Origin: Deltaproteobacteria bacterium
GTDB taxonomy: Bacteria > Myxococcota_A > UBA9160 > UBA4427
Length of the DNA: 64,000 nucleotides
Assembly (NCBI GenBank): GCA_002709835.1
Contig: PAQX01000033.1
Location: 8,538 to 72,537, forward strand
Direction: 5' to 3'
Shown: positions 35,624 through 44,342 of the stretch, in pieces
Layout: each line of letters begins with the position of its first letter
Numbering within the stretch: the stretch's first letter is position 1
Notes under the pieces: model-generated
The model's database searches: none
What the model was told of the DNA's origin: nothing
What the model saw: the letters and a program-made list of their open reading frames with translations, nothing else
Program-made: the position numbers and the translations under genes

Positions 35624-35966
35624 GGGGGCGAGTCGTGGGAGCGGCCCGGAGGGGCGGTTACGGCGACCACCTGAGCCCGGGAACCAGGCATGCGCTTTGG
35701 GGCGCATGCTCATCCATACCATGCCGACTTTGGGAGGTAAGAATGGACCAACGTAGCACTACGGCGAGTGAGGTGGTGGCGTCCTAGCAACGCTGAACCG
35801 TTTCGTCGAAATAGCTAGGTGCTGCGTGGGACGCAGGTTCCCAACGCCGCCGCCCCTGGGATCGCGGATGTCGTAGCCGCTGCGGGGTCAACCGACCTGA
35901 TCCCAGGGACTTTCGATTCATCAGGAAGCGCGTGACTGCCGAGCAGTCGCGCGCTTCCTTCGTTTC
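35624..35966 (+). ncRNA. candidate structured RNA of unknown class (about 340 nt), ending at an intrinsic terminator
   Basis: 616-bp gap without a credible ORF on either strand. Helices: 35688-35709 (8 bp), 35822-35836 (6 bp), a 10-bp closing helix 35854-35863/35899-35908, and terminator 35924-35958. The 5' end and the strand are inferred only from the orientation of the U-tail. Confidence 0.35.
35924..35966 (+). terminator. Rho-independent terminator (plus-strand orientation)
   Basis: GGAAGCGCGUGACUGC-CGA-GCAGUCGCGCGCUUCC forms 16 bp (one G-U), followed by UUCGUUUCC. On the minus strand no U-tract follows the hairpin. Confidence 0.5.
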
Positions 35967-36075
35967 CGGGGTTGGATGGGCTCCGGTTCTCGAGGGGACG
36001 CCGGGGGGCGGCGCCCCCTTCGCGCGCAGGTTCAGGCCCGTCGCCCGGCTTTGCCGAGGCAGGGCCGTCGCGGTG

Positions 36076-37032
36076 TCAGCGGATGGCGAGTGGATTGATC
36101 GGTGAGCCGACGGCGCCGGTGATCGGGAGCGGGGGCGCCGTGAAGAGGAACGCGTAGCGGAGGTCTTCGGCGCACGCGGCGGCCAGAGCGTCCATGTGAA
36201 AGATCTCGCCGAAGAGGACGCCGGTGTTCCGCAGGGAGATCATGTGTAGCGGCTGGAAGCAGTCCTCCGTCTCGTTCGGGATGACCTCGATCCCCCAGGT
36301 GTCCGTGCAGACGGCGGCGACTTCGCGGTCGAAGAGCCAGCCCGAACAGTGGACGGAAAGCCCCGGCGCATTCCCTCCGCAGTATCCGTCCCACGATCCC
36401 TCGTCGAGGCAGCGGGTCATCATGCCCGTGCGGACGAGGACGATGTCACCGCTCTCGATCGTCACGCCCTGCGCCTCCGCGCACGCATCGAGATCATCGG
36501 GCTTGATCGGGAAGCCGTCCTCGAGCCAGAGTTCGCCGCGATGACGTGGGAGGTCGAGGAGTACGCCGCGCCCGACCACGCCGTTCTTCACGACCTCGAT
36601 TCCGTTCGCGCGCGCGCCGCGGCTCGTGACGAGCTCGATGTCGCGATCGTTGTACATCTTCCCGTCGTAGAAGACGTGGGAGAGCGCGTCCCATTGCGTT
36701 CCGCACTGGAGCGGCATCGTCACCGAGTCGTCCGCATAGCGGAAGCCGCCCGGGATGCCGTCCTGCGCGCCCGCGAGGACGTCACCCCCATCCTGGAGCA
36801 TCACGTGGATCGGATTGTGCCGCCCCCCGGCGCCGCTCTGCGGACCCTTCTGGTCGAAGTTGAGTCCACACGAGATGACCTGGCCGCGACGGGGCAGGGC
36901 GGTCGCGGCGAGGATCCGCTCGGGGGTGATGAAGTTCAGCGCGCCGAGCTCGTCGTCGGGGCCCCAGCGCCCCCAGTTGGAATAGCGTCGGCCCCATTCG
37001 CGTACGGTGTCGGCGGTAATCTTCGCGCTCAT
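36076..37032 (-). CDS. cyclase-family protein (kynurenine-formamidase-like fold)
   Basis: ...GTQWDALSHVF... and ...GRGVLLDL...GDIVLVRTG...PGL...D.WG.E are patterns of the putative cyclase family. The ATG overlaps the kdsB stop (ATGA). Confidence 0.85.
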   Translation of the reverse strand: MSAKITADTVREWGRRYSNWGRWGPDDELGALNFITPERILAATALPRRGQVISCGLNFDQKGPQSGAGGRHNPIHVMLQDGGDVLAGAQDGIPGGFRYADDSVTMPLQCGTQWDALSHVFYDGKMYNDRDIELVTSRGARANGIEVVKNGVVGRGVLLDLPRHRGELWLEDGFPIKPDDLDACAEAQGVTIESGDIVLVRTGMMTRCLDEGSWDGYCGGNAPGLSVHCSGWLFDREVAAVCTDTWGIEVIPNETEDCFQPLHMISLRNTGVLFGEIFHMDALAAACAEDLRYAFLFTAPPLPITGAVGSPINPLAIR

Positions 37033-37766
37033 GCGCCGCCTCCGGTTCGGGCGAGGGCCGCTTCGACGATCGCGACGTCCTCCGGGACGTCGACGGGAAC
37101 GCTGCTCCAGCCCTCGATCTCGGCGGCTCGGATCCGGTAGCCGTTCTCGAGGGCGCGCAGCTGTTCGAGCTCTTCGGCCCGCTCTGCGGGGCTCCGCTCG
37201 AGCGTCACGATCTCCAGCAGGAATTCCTTGCGGTAGACGTAGAGGCCGACGTGCTGGAGCGGCGCGATCCCGGTGTCCTTTCGGCGGAAGGGGATCGGCG
37301 CCCGGGAGAAATAGAGAGCGAAGCCGGCGGCATCGAGGACGACCTTCACGCGGTTCGGGTCGTCGAAGGCCTCCGGTTCGGCGCGATGGACGATCGTCGA
37401 CATCGCGGCGCGGTCGTCCTTCAAGAGCGCTTCGACCGCCGCGTCCACCACGAAGCCCTCGATCAGGGGCTCATCCCCCTGGACGTTCACGATCACTTCG
37501 AAGTCGCGGCGTGCTGCGACCTCGGCCAGACGATCGGTGCCCGTCGGGTGGTCGTTCCGGGTCATCTCGACCTCGGCCCCGAAGCCCTCGCAGGCCTCGC
37601 GGATTCGTTCGTCGTCCGTCGCAACCACGACGGCATCGATGCTCTTGGCGGCCCGGGTCCGCTCCCAGACATGCTGGATCATCGGCTTGCCGGCGATCGG
37701 GGTCAGCGGCTTGCCGGGAAAGCGAGTGGAACCGTATCGGGCAGGAAGGATCGCGAGAGTCGACAT
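37029..37766 (-). CDS. kdsB: 3-deoxy-manno-octulosonate cytidylyltransferase
   Basis: ILPARYGSTRFPGKPL..I.GKPMIQHV......VVVATDD..I........G......H..GTDR..E.....VNVQGDEP, the canonical KdsB pattern. Confidence 0.92.
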   Translation of the reverse strand: MSTLAILPARYGSTRFPGKPLTPIAGKPMIQHVWERTRAAKSIDAVVVATDDERIREACEGFGAEVEMTRNDHPTGTDRLAEVAARRDFEVIVNVQGDEPLIEGFVVDAAVEALLKDDRAAMSTIVHRAEPEAFDDPNRVKVVLDAAGFALYFSRAPIPFRRKDTGIAPLQHVGLYVYRKEFLLEIVTLERSPAERAEELEQLRALENGYRIRAAEIEGWSSVPVDVPEDVAIVEAALARTGGGA

Positions 37767-37890
37767 GGAACCATGCTACCGGAATCGGCCGACCCGTAGG
37801 GAGCGACTTCACGGCCGCTCGTGCCCCATTCCTTCTCGAACCGGGGGGCAGTGGCCCTCGGGCGGAGGGCCCCGTTGCTATGATCCGCGC

Positions 37891-39225
37891 GTGCAGGAAA
37901 CCGGCGACAACGGCGGCAGCGCGCACGACTCCGTCGAAGAACCGCAACGTGTCTCCCGCCCCTGGTGGCTGCCTCATTTCCTCGGTCGGGTCCCGATCGG
38001 GCTGGATGAGCGACACGTCGCCCTCGTCGGGGTCGTGGCGCTGGCCGCGCTCTTCGAGAACTACGACCAGTCGATGCTCACCGCTGCGTTCAAGCAGATC
38101 CGTGAGGGGTTCGGGCTTTCGCAGGCGGAGGCTGCGACCTGGTTCGGTTGGATCCGACTCGGCGCGCTTCCGGCGATCCTGGTGCTGCCGCTGGCCGACC
38201 GACTCGGTCGCCGCATCGTCATCCTCGTCGGGATCGTCGGCATGAGCCTCGGCACGTTGGCGTCGGGATTCGCGCCGAACATCGAGAGCTTCGTAGCGAT
38301 GCAGACGATCACCCGGACCTTCATCGTCGCGGCGACGGCGACAGCCGTCGTGATCATCGCCGAGGAGCTACCGGCGGCGAATCGTGGCTGGGGGATCGGC
38401 ATCCTCGGAGCCGTCGGTGCCTTCGGCTACGGCCTCGGCGCGATCCTCTACGCCTTCATCGAGTATCTGCCCTATGGCTGGCGCGCGATGTACATGGTCG
38501 GTGGGGTTCCGCTTCTACTGATGCCGCGTTTCATCCGGCTCATCCCCGAGACCCGCCGCTTCGTCGAGGAGCGGGAAGAGCGAATCGCCGGTCGTCGACC
38601 GCCGAGTCGTTGGATCTCGCCGCTGGCAGAGCTCATGCGGCGATACCCGGGTCGGATCCTCGCGGTCGCGGGCATGGCCTTCTTCTTTGCGGCGGGCTCG
38701 TCTCCGGCCTTCGGCCTCCTCTCCGACTTCGTGCAGACGACCCACGAGTGGACGCCCGCCAGCTTCTCTCTCATGTCCCTCGTTGCAGGCTCCTTCGGGA
38801 TCGTCGGGAACTCTGCGATGGGGTGGGCCGCCGATCGATGGGGCCGTCGACCAGTGGCCTCCGCAGGCTTCGGGCTCTTCCCGCTCGCGGCACTGGGGCT
38901 CTACTTCGGACCCGAGGCGACCGTGGCCCTCGTCTGGGTGCCCTTCGTCTTCCTGCTGACCGGCGGAAACGTCCTCATGAAGATCATCATCAGCGAGTTC
39001 TTCCCGACATCCAGCCGGAATACCGCGATGGGGATGGGCACGTTGATGGAGACCATCGGCGCGGCCGCGGGCTACTGGCTCGTCGGCGGATTCACCGCGG
39101 TCGGGACGTCGATCGCGCCCGCGGTGGTCGGCGTGAGCGCCCTGTGCCTGTTCGCCGTCGGGGTGATGTTCTTCATTCCCGAGACCGCGGGGCGTGAACT
39201 CGAAGAGACGAGCCACGCGGTCTAG
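37891..39225 (+). CDS. MFS transporter
   Basis: C-terminal 444 codons of track ORF 37537..39225, starting at GTG 37891. About 12 TM helices. MFS loop motifs LADRLGRR and WAADRWGRR. Confidence 0.8.
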   Translation: MQETGDNGGSAHDSVEEPQRVSRPWWLPHFLGRVPIGLDERHVALVGVVALAALFENYDQSMLTAAFKQIREGFGLSQAEAATWFGWIRLGALPAILVLPLADRLGRRIVILVGIVGMSLGTLASGFAPNIESFVAMQTITRTFIVAATATAVVIIAEELPAANRGWGIGILGAVGAFGYGLGAILYAFIEYLPYGWRAMYMVGGVPLLLMPRFIRLIPETRRFVEEREERIAGRRPPSRWISPLAELMRRYPGRILAVAGMAFFFAAGSSPAFGLLSDFVQTTHEWTPASFSLMSLVAGSFGIVGNSAMGWAADRWGRRPVASAGFGLFPLAALGLYFGPEATVALVWVPFVFLLTGGNVLMKIIISEFFPTSSRNTAMGMGTLMETIGAAAGYWLVGGFTAVGTSIAPAVVGVSALCLFAVGVMFFIPETAGRELEETSHAV

Positions 39226-39352
39226 CGGTCGCCTCGCGCGAATTGCCGATCGCGGCTGGCGGTCGATGCGCCGACCTTTCGCTACCTTGCGCGACCCGCC
39301 GAACGCCCCTCGGTGGCACGACCCTTCTTCCGTCCCTCCCGACTGAGACTCG

Positions 39353-39823
39353 ATGGACCCCAAGATCCTGTTCTGGGCAGCGGCCCTCCTGAACCTCGGT
39401 GTGCTTTGCGGCTTCGGCCTCCTCGGCGTGCGGTATGCGCGTCGCGGGGAGATCGCGCGCCATCGCCAGAACATGAAGATCGCGTCGCTTCTGATTCTGG
39501 GTTTCCTCGCGGCCTACGTTCTCAAGGTCGTGTTCCTCGGTCGAGAGGACCAGTCGGTCTGGTCGAGCCTCGACGTCTGGGTCCTGCGGATCCACGAGCT
39601 CTTCGTCGTCTTCATGCTCGTGGGGGGGGGCATCGCGTGGCGCCAGGGGCGAAAGCTCGAGGGGACGCGCGTCGTCACGCGGGATCCCGCAGATCCGGTG
39701 CCTGACCCGAAGGTCCTGCAGACGCATCGTCGCGCCGGATGGACCGCGGTCCTAGGCGGCGTGCTCGCCTTCTTCATGGCCATCGGCGTGCTTGCCGGGA
39801 TGATCGCTCGCGCCGGAGCCTAG
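39353..39823 (+). CDS. DUF420-like small membrane protein
   Basis: Four TM helices. ...ARRGEIARHRQNMKIA... and ...RIHELFVV... resemble DUF420. Confidence 0.65.
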   Translation: MDPKILFWAAALLNLGVLCGFGLLGVRYARRGEIARHRQNMKIASLLILGFLAAYVLKVVFLGREDQSVWSSLDVWVLRIHELFVVFMLVGGGIAWRQGRKLEGTRVVTRDPADPVPDPKVLQTHRRAGWTAVLGGVLAFFMAIGVLAGMIARAGA

Positions 39824-39925
39824 GTCCGTCGCCGCTTCCGACGCCTTGCCGGGCGCGTGCTCGAGGGCCCCCCGATCGCGCCGGTCCGAGAAGGCGCACC
39901 GAGCGAAGGCGGACGGAGGGGTCGA

Positions 39926-40864
39926 TCAGACGATCGAGCGCAGTTCGCGGACCATCTCCGTCGAGGCACGCTCGATGATCTCGTCGGGATCGGAGAGCGC
40001 GGACATCACGAAGTGGCGACAACCCGCCTTCGCGAAGTTCCGCATCTGCTCGAGGCAGTCCTCGGGCTTGCCGAGCAGGCAGTAGCGCTTCGACGCTTCG
40101 GTGAAGTCGGTGTTGTAGATCGTGCCGAGCATCTGCGACGCGCGTTTGTGGGCGGCTTCGTAGCTGTCGTCGAGGACGGTGAAGAGCAAGGCCGCCGTGT
40201 TGAAGGGGAGTCCCGCGCGCCCCGCGTCGGCGGCGTGGCCGCCGATCGCCTTCATGTTGGCGGCGTAGGTCTCGACGTCACACATGTGCGAGATGTATCC
40301 GTCCCCCAGGCGACCGGCGCGCTTCATCGACACGGCCTTGCGTCCGCCGACGATGATCGGGGGCGTCCGCACCGGCTTCGGCTCGATCTTCACGGGATCG
40401 AACTGATAGTAGTCACCGTCGTAGCCTGCCTTCCCCTCGGCCCAATGGGCACGGAGGATCTCGATCGGCTCGTTGGTTCGAGGGCCGCGCTGGGCGATCG
40501 GCGCATCGACCGCCTGGAACTCCGGCGGGAACTCGCCGCCGACGCCCACGCCGCAGAGGAAGCGGCCGTTCGACAGCATGTCGATCGTGCCCGTCATCTT
40601 GGCGGTCAGGGTCGGATTGCGAAGCGGAAGGAGGAGCACGCCCGTCGCGAGTTCGATCCGTTCCGTCGCCGCCGCGCAGAATGACAGTAGTGAAAGGCTC
40701 TCGATCACCGGGATGTGGAAGGCGATGTGGTCCCCGACCCAGATCGAGTCGAGTCCGCTGTCTTCCATCTTCCGCGCCCGCGCGAGGACCGAGTCCCGGT
40801 CGTTGGCGGCGAGCATCATCCCCATCTTCACTTCGTCGACGACGTTCAGTCCTGCGATTTCCAT
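39926..40864 (-). CDS. LLM-class flavin/F420-dependent oxidoreductase
   Basis: ...MEDSGLDSIWVGDHI..., GRFLCGVGVGG, ...PPIIVGGRK..., the luciferase-like TIM-barrel pattern. The start (40864 or 40825) is uncertain. Confidence 0.85.
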   Translation of the reverse strand: MEIAGLNVVDEVKMGMMLAANDRDSVLARARKMEDSGLDSIWVGDHIAFHIPVIESLSLLSFCAAATERIELATGVLLLPLRNPTLTAKMTGTIDMLSNGRFLCGVGVGGEFPPEFQAVDAPIAQRGPRTNEPIEILRAHWAEGKAGYDGDYYQFDPVKIEPKPVRTPPIIVGGRKAVSMKRAGRLGDGYISHMCDVETYAANMKAIGGHAADAGRAGLPFNTAALLFTVLDDSYEAAHKRASQMLGTIYNTDFTEASKRYCLLGKPEDCLEQMRNFAKAGCRHFVMSALSDPDEIIERASTEMVRELRSIV

Positions 40865-40904
40865 GAAGCGAGTCTAGTGCGCTCTGTCCTGGTGCGCGTG
40901 CGTT

Positions 40905-41468
40905 CTACAACCGGATGCGCGAGGACGGTCGGCGGCCCGAGTTCCGGTGGAGGACGGCGCCGAGGATCATGCCGGCGATGAAGATGCCGGCGCCGATGAG
41001 CCACTCCTGAGTGACGCTGCCGGCGCGCAGTTCGTAGTTCTCGATCTTGAGCGACTCGATCTCGGCGCGCTGCCCCGAGTCGGTCGAAGCGAGGGTGGCG
41101 TTCGACTCGCGGAGCTGGGCCGCTTCCGAGCGGATCTTTTCGAGTTGGCTCTTCAGGCCGGCCGTTTCGGTCTCGAGCTGGGCGAGTCGCAGCGTCGGCG
41201 GCGGCTCGGTCTCGAGATAGCCCGCCGGGATCCAGCCCGTCTTGCCATCGGTCGTTCGGATGCGCGTCCAGCTCTCGCCGCGGGCGAGGACATCCATCTC
41301 GTCGCCGGTTTCGACGGCGCCCAGGATCTTGAACTGGGTCCCGGCGCCGGCGCGCAGGTTCAGGCGGATGTTGCCGCGGACCCAGCCGGTATCGGCAATT
41401 GCGGCGGTTGCGAGGGCGACCAGCGCCAGCACGGTGAGGATGGCGGGGAAAATTCTCGAGGGACGCAA
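40905..41468 (-). CDS. SH3-domain protein with coiled coil and C-terminal TM anchor (YgiM/TIGR04211-like)
   Basis: Signal peptide, SH3b-like VRGNIRLNLRAGAGTQFKILGAVETGDEMDVLARGESWTRIRTTDGKTGWIPAGYL, a coiled-coil stretch, then a TM helix WLIGAGIFIAGMILGAVL. Confidence 0.8.
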   Translation of the reverse strand: MRPSRIFPAILTVLALVALATAAIADTGWVRGNIRLNLRAGAGTQFKILGAVETGDEMDVLARGESWTRIRTTDGKTGWIPAGYLETEPPPTLRLAQLETETAGLKSQLEKIRSEAAQLRESNATLASTDSGQRAEIESLKIENYELRAGSVTQEWLIGAGIFIAGMILGAVLHRNSGRRPSSRIRL

Positions 41469-41839
41469 ACGGGTACTCCCGGGACTTCAGCTGAGTCCTT
41501 TGGGGGGAGGGATTTCGACGGTAGTCGACGGCCAGGGTCGGAGTCGTGATCTATGACACCGGCCGGGCGGCAGCATATCGCTGGAAGCGCCCCGGCGGGA
41601 GTCGTTCGAGGCTCGGATCCGCTGCCGCCCGCGAACCCTGGTTGAGGCTGAAAACACGCAGGCCGAGCGAAGCGTCTCCCTGCAGGCACAGAAAACGACA
41701 CGCGCGAGGGCAACCCGGCGCGCCGCCGGCGGTCGCCCGGCCGAGCCAGACGATCGGGCCGCGCGTGTGATACGAAGCGCGCCTGGCGGCTGCCGCCCAG
41801 CGGACCGCCGTGCGCGTGCCGCGCAGTGGCGCGGGATCT

Positions 41840-41973
41840 CCTGCGGCCCCGAGAGGCCGCCGAGAGTGCCTGCGGCGTCGCAACGTGCCGAGCGCCCTCG
41901 GCCCGTTCGCGGGGCCTATCGCCTGCGGCCCGCTCGCAGGCCTGGCGCCTGCGGTCCAGCCGAGCGCGCTTCG
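41840..41973. repeat. degenerate tandem repeat of about 26-29 bp, about 5 units, each starting CCTGCGG
   Basis: CCTGCGG at 41840, 41869, 41922 and 41948, with a degenerate CCCTCGG at 41895. Units 3 and 4 share CCCG.TCGC.GG.CCT..CG. Lies in the 520-bp noncoding stretch downstream of tRNA-Asn. Confidence 0.35.
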
Positions 41974-41991
41974 CGCGCGCAGCGGAAGGAA

Positions 41992-42067
41992 TGGCTCCCC
42001 GGGCAGGACTCGAACCTGCGACAAGGCGGTTAACAGCCGCCTGCTCTACCAGCTGAGCTACCGGGGA
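41992..42067 (-). tRNA. tRNA-Asn (anticodon GTT), CCA encoded
   Basis: The reverse complement folds as a cloverleaf: TCCCCGG TA GCTC AGCTGGTA GAGC A GGCGG CTGTTAA CCGCC TTGTC GCAGG TTCGAGT CCTGC CCGGGGA G CCA. 76 nt, anticodon loop CU-GUU-AA. Confidence 0.95.
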
Positions 42068-42160
42068 ACGGAAACTCGGGAGGGGCGAGTTTAGGGCTTG
42101 CCGCCCGGTCCGCAACGCTCTCGCACCGGCAGTTTCGGTGCGATTTCCGGTCTGGAGGGC

Positions 42161-42646
42161 CTAGAGCTCGTCGAAGCGGATCTCCAGGACCTCGAACTCG
42201 CGTACGCCCTTGGGCACCTTGACGGAGACATCGTCCCCGACCTCCTTGCTCATGAGCGCCCGAGCGACCGGCGAGGTCACCGAGATCTGGCCATGCTTCG
42301 CGTCCGCCTCGTCCTCGCCGACGATCGTGTAGGCCACTTCGTCCTCGGTCTCGATGTCGGAAAGGACGACCGTGGCGCCGAAGCGGACCTTGTCGGGCTC
42401 CTGTCCCGCGGTCTCGATCACCTGGGCCCGCGCGATCTTGTCGTCGAGCATCGCGATCCGGCCGGCGATGTGGGCCTGTTTCTCCTTGGCCGCGTGGTAT
42501 TCGGCATTCTCGGAGAGGTCGCCGTGGGCGATCGCCTCCTCGATGTCCTTCACGTTGGCGGGCCGCTCCACGCTCTTCAGGTGCTTGAGCTCCTCCTTGA
42601 GGGCCGCGTAGCCTCGGGGCGTCATCGGGACTCGCTCGTCCATCAC
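42161..42646 (-). CDS. greA: transcription elongation factor GreA
   Basis: PMTPRGYAALKEELKHLK...R......I..A...GDLSENAEYHAAKE.Q..I..RI..L......A.VI... then a C-terminal FKBP-like domain VTSPVARALMSKEVGD.V.V..P.G. Confidence 0.93.
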   Translation of the reverse strand: MMDERVPMTPRGYAALKEELKHLKSVERPANVKDIEEAIAHGDLSENAEYHAAKEKQAHIAGRIAMLDDKIARAQVIETAGQEPDKVRFGATVVLSDIETEDEVAYTIVGEDEADAKHGQISVTSPVARALMSKEVGDDVSVKVPKGVREFEVLEIRFDEL

Positions 42647-42859
42647 AATTCCTTACGTTCACGCTCGCGCAGGGCGCGGCGCCGTTCGAAGCTCGTACTG
42701 CGATCGTGAACCGGGCGGATCGGGGCTCCAGGTCTCGTCCCTGGAATCGGGATCGGTCGCGTCGGGGATGCGCGCTCGTTCACCGGAGCCGGCCAGGCGG
42801 GGATCTTTCGGCCCATTAGGCTACCCAGAGCGTTCGGTTGCATCAACCGGCGAGATTGA

Positions 42860-43519
42860 ATGGGCCTTTTTGCCCACTCCCCAGGGATTCATATGTTCGG
42901 CGAAGACCCCAAGCACGAGCGCGAGAAGGGCCCCCTCTCCGACGAAGGGGCAGACCGGGACGGGTTCGTTCGCGCGGCGCTCTTCTTTTACGGCGCGCTC
43001 GGCTGCATCGCCCTCGTGTGGCGCATGTCGACCCCGGGCGCCTCGATCCTCCATGCGCCCGATCACCCGACGTCATTCGACGGGGTCGGCGGGGCGCTGC
43101 TCGCCGGTCTGCTGGTCGGCGGGATCTCTTTGGGCCTCTCCGAGGCGCTCACCCGTCTGAGCGATCTCGGGGAGTCCCTCGCCGACACCCTGGGCGAGAG
43201 CCTGGTCGGGATCTCCACGGCGGACGGCATCCTGCTCGCCTTCGCGAGCGGTGTGGCAGAGGAGATGTTCTTCCGCGGTGCGTTGCAACCGACGGTGGGC
43301 CTCGTCTGGGCGAGCGTGCTCTTCGGGGCGTGTCATTTCCTGCCGCGGAAGGAACTCGTGCTCTGGAGTGTCTACGCGGTCGCGATGGGGTTCGCGCTCG
43401 GCTGGCTCTTCGAGGCCACCGGCCATCTCGTCGCCCCGATGGCGGCGCACGTGCTGGTGAATGCGGTCAACCTCCCGCGTCTGGCGCGGCGGGCGGAAGA
43501 ACGGTCGCGGGGCGGCTGA
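42860..43519 (+). CDS. CPBP (CAAX) family intramembrane glutamic protease
   Basis: Motif 1 GVAEEMFFRGAL, motif 2 FGACH, motif 3 HVLVN, within TM helices. Confidence 0.85.
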   Translation: MGLFAHSPGIHMFGEDPKHEREKGPLSDEGADRDGFVRAALFFYGALGCIALVWRMSTPGASILHAPDHPTSFDGVGGALLAGLLVGGISLGLSEALTRLSDLGESLADTLGESLVGISTADGILLAFASGVAEEMFFRGALQPTVGLVWASVLFGACHFLPRKELVLWSVYAVAMGFALGWLFEATGHLVAPMAAHVLVNAVNLPRLARRAEERSRGG

Positions 43520-43525
43520 GCGCGA

Positions 43526-43918
43526 TCAGCCGACCAGGGCGATCGCGTCGATCTCGACCTGAGCGCCGAGCGGAAGCGCTGCCACGCCGACGGTCACGCG
43601 TGCCGGAGCCGGATCGACGTCGAAGGCTTCGGCGTAGACGGCGTTGACGCGGGGGAAGAGCGAGAGGTCGGTCAGGTAGACGGTCGCCTTCACGACGCGG
43701 TCCATGCCGCTGCCCGCCGCCTCGAGGACGGCTTGCAGGTTGGCCAGCACCTGGCGGGTCTCGTCTTCGATCTCGCCTTCGATCTTCTCTCCGGTCGCAG
43801 GATCGAGCGGGATCTGCCCGGAGGCGTAGACCACGTCGCCCGTGCGAATGGCCTGGGAGTAGGGACCGACGGGCGCGGGCGCGTCCGCGGTACGAATTTC
43901 CTGCCGTGCATCGTTCAT
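43526..43918 (-). CDS. ridA: RidA (YjgF/YER057c) family reactive-intermediate deaminase
   Basis: ...APAPVGPYSQAI..GD.VY.SGQIPLDP.TGE......I...T.QVL.NL.AVLEAAGS....VVK.TVYL.D......N.VY..F....PAR..V.VAALP.GA.VEI. Start trimmed to ATG 43918. Confidence 0.9.
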   Translation of the reverse strand: MNDARQEIRTADAPAPVGPYSQAIRTGDVVYASGQIPLDPATGEKIEGEIEDETRQVLANLQAVLEAAGSGMDRVVKATVYLTDLSLFPRVNAVYAEAFDVDPAPARVTVGVAALPLGAQVEIDAIALVG

Positions 43919-44069
43919 GGCGCGGGAGCATAACAGGCGATCCCGACCCGCAAAGCGGGCGGGTCGAGCACGGAGCGACGGAAGCACCCCCTCGGTTCAG
44001 TGCACCACCGCTTCAGGCTCTACGTTGCCTTTCAGCATGCTGCGTCGAAGTCGCAGGAGCGGCCCGGCC

Positions 44070-44342
44070 TCAGGACAAGGGCGTGTCTTCGGGGTCGGGG
44101 AGCATGCGCTCCTCGAGGACACGAATCAGGTAACCGAAGAGCAGGAGGTTCGGCAGGCGCCCACGGGCGTTGCCGGTGATGCCCGCGCCGTCGGCGAAGG
44201 CTTCCGCGTACTGCGAGAAGAACTCGATGGTCTCGAAGGGGATGTTCTTCGCGAGCATCTCGTTGATCTGTTCGGCGGGGAGATCGTCGAAGATCTCGGC
44301 GAACTCGACTGCAATCTCTTCCGGGGTCATTTCCGTCTCCAT
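44070..44342 (-). CDS. small acidic hypothetical protein
   Basis: 90-aa reading from ATG 44342 (METEMTPEEIAVEFAEIFDDLPAEQINEML...). No family recognised, so coding status is only moderately supported. Confidence 0.45.
   Translation of the reverse strand: METEMTPEEIAVEFAEIFDDLPAEQINEMLAKNIPFETIEFFSQYAEAFADGAGITGNARGRLPNLLLFGYLIRVLEERMLPDPEDTPLS

Noticed and set aside
35460-35640. ZTP (pfl) or THF riboswitch in the purU 5' leader
   Set aside because: purU is a typical ZTP-regulated gene. However, the minus-strand leader lacks the conserved GGGUCGUGACUGGCG and CCGCCUGGGCA cores. The only CCGCCCCUGGG-like string is on the other strand, about 200 nt away.
35624-36025. tmRNA (ssrA) hypothesis for the structured intergenic RNA
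   Set aside because: Features that prompted the idea:
- It begins GGGGGCG.
- It shares GAGGGGCGGUU with the E. coli tmRNA PK1 region (from memory).
- CGCCCCC lies downstream.

Reasons for rejection:
- There is no GGUUCGA-type T-loop on either strand.
- The putative acceptor stem lacks the G3:U70 alanine identity pair.
- There is no tag ORF ending in Ala-Ala; the only mini-ORF ends ...EVVAS and has its own SD.
41840-41973. CRISPR array
   Set aside because: The repeats are degenerate and directly abutting at a period of about 27 bp, with no unique spacers. There is no leader and there are no cas genes in the window.
40905-42067. Genomic island or integrative element inserted at tRNA-Asn
   Set aside because: There is no integrase. 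I could not see a direct repeat of the tRNA 3' half. The flanking genes (greA, SH3 protein, LLM, kdsB) look like core chromosome with the same composition.
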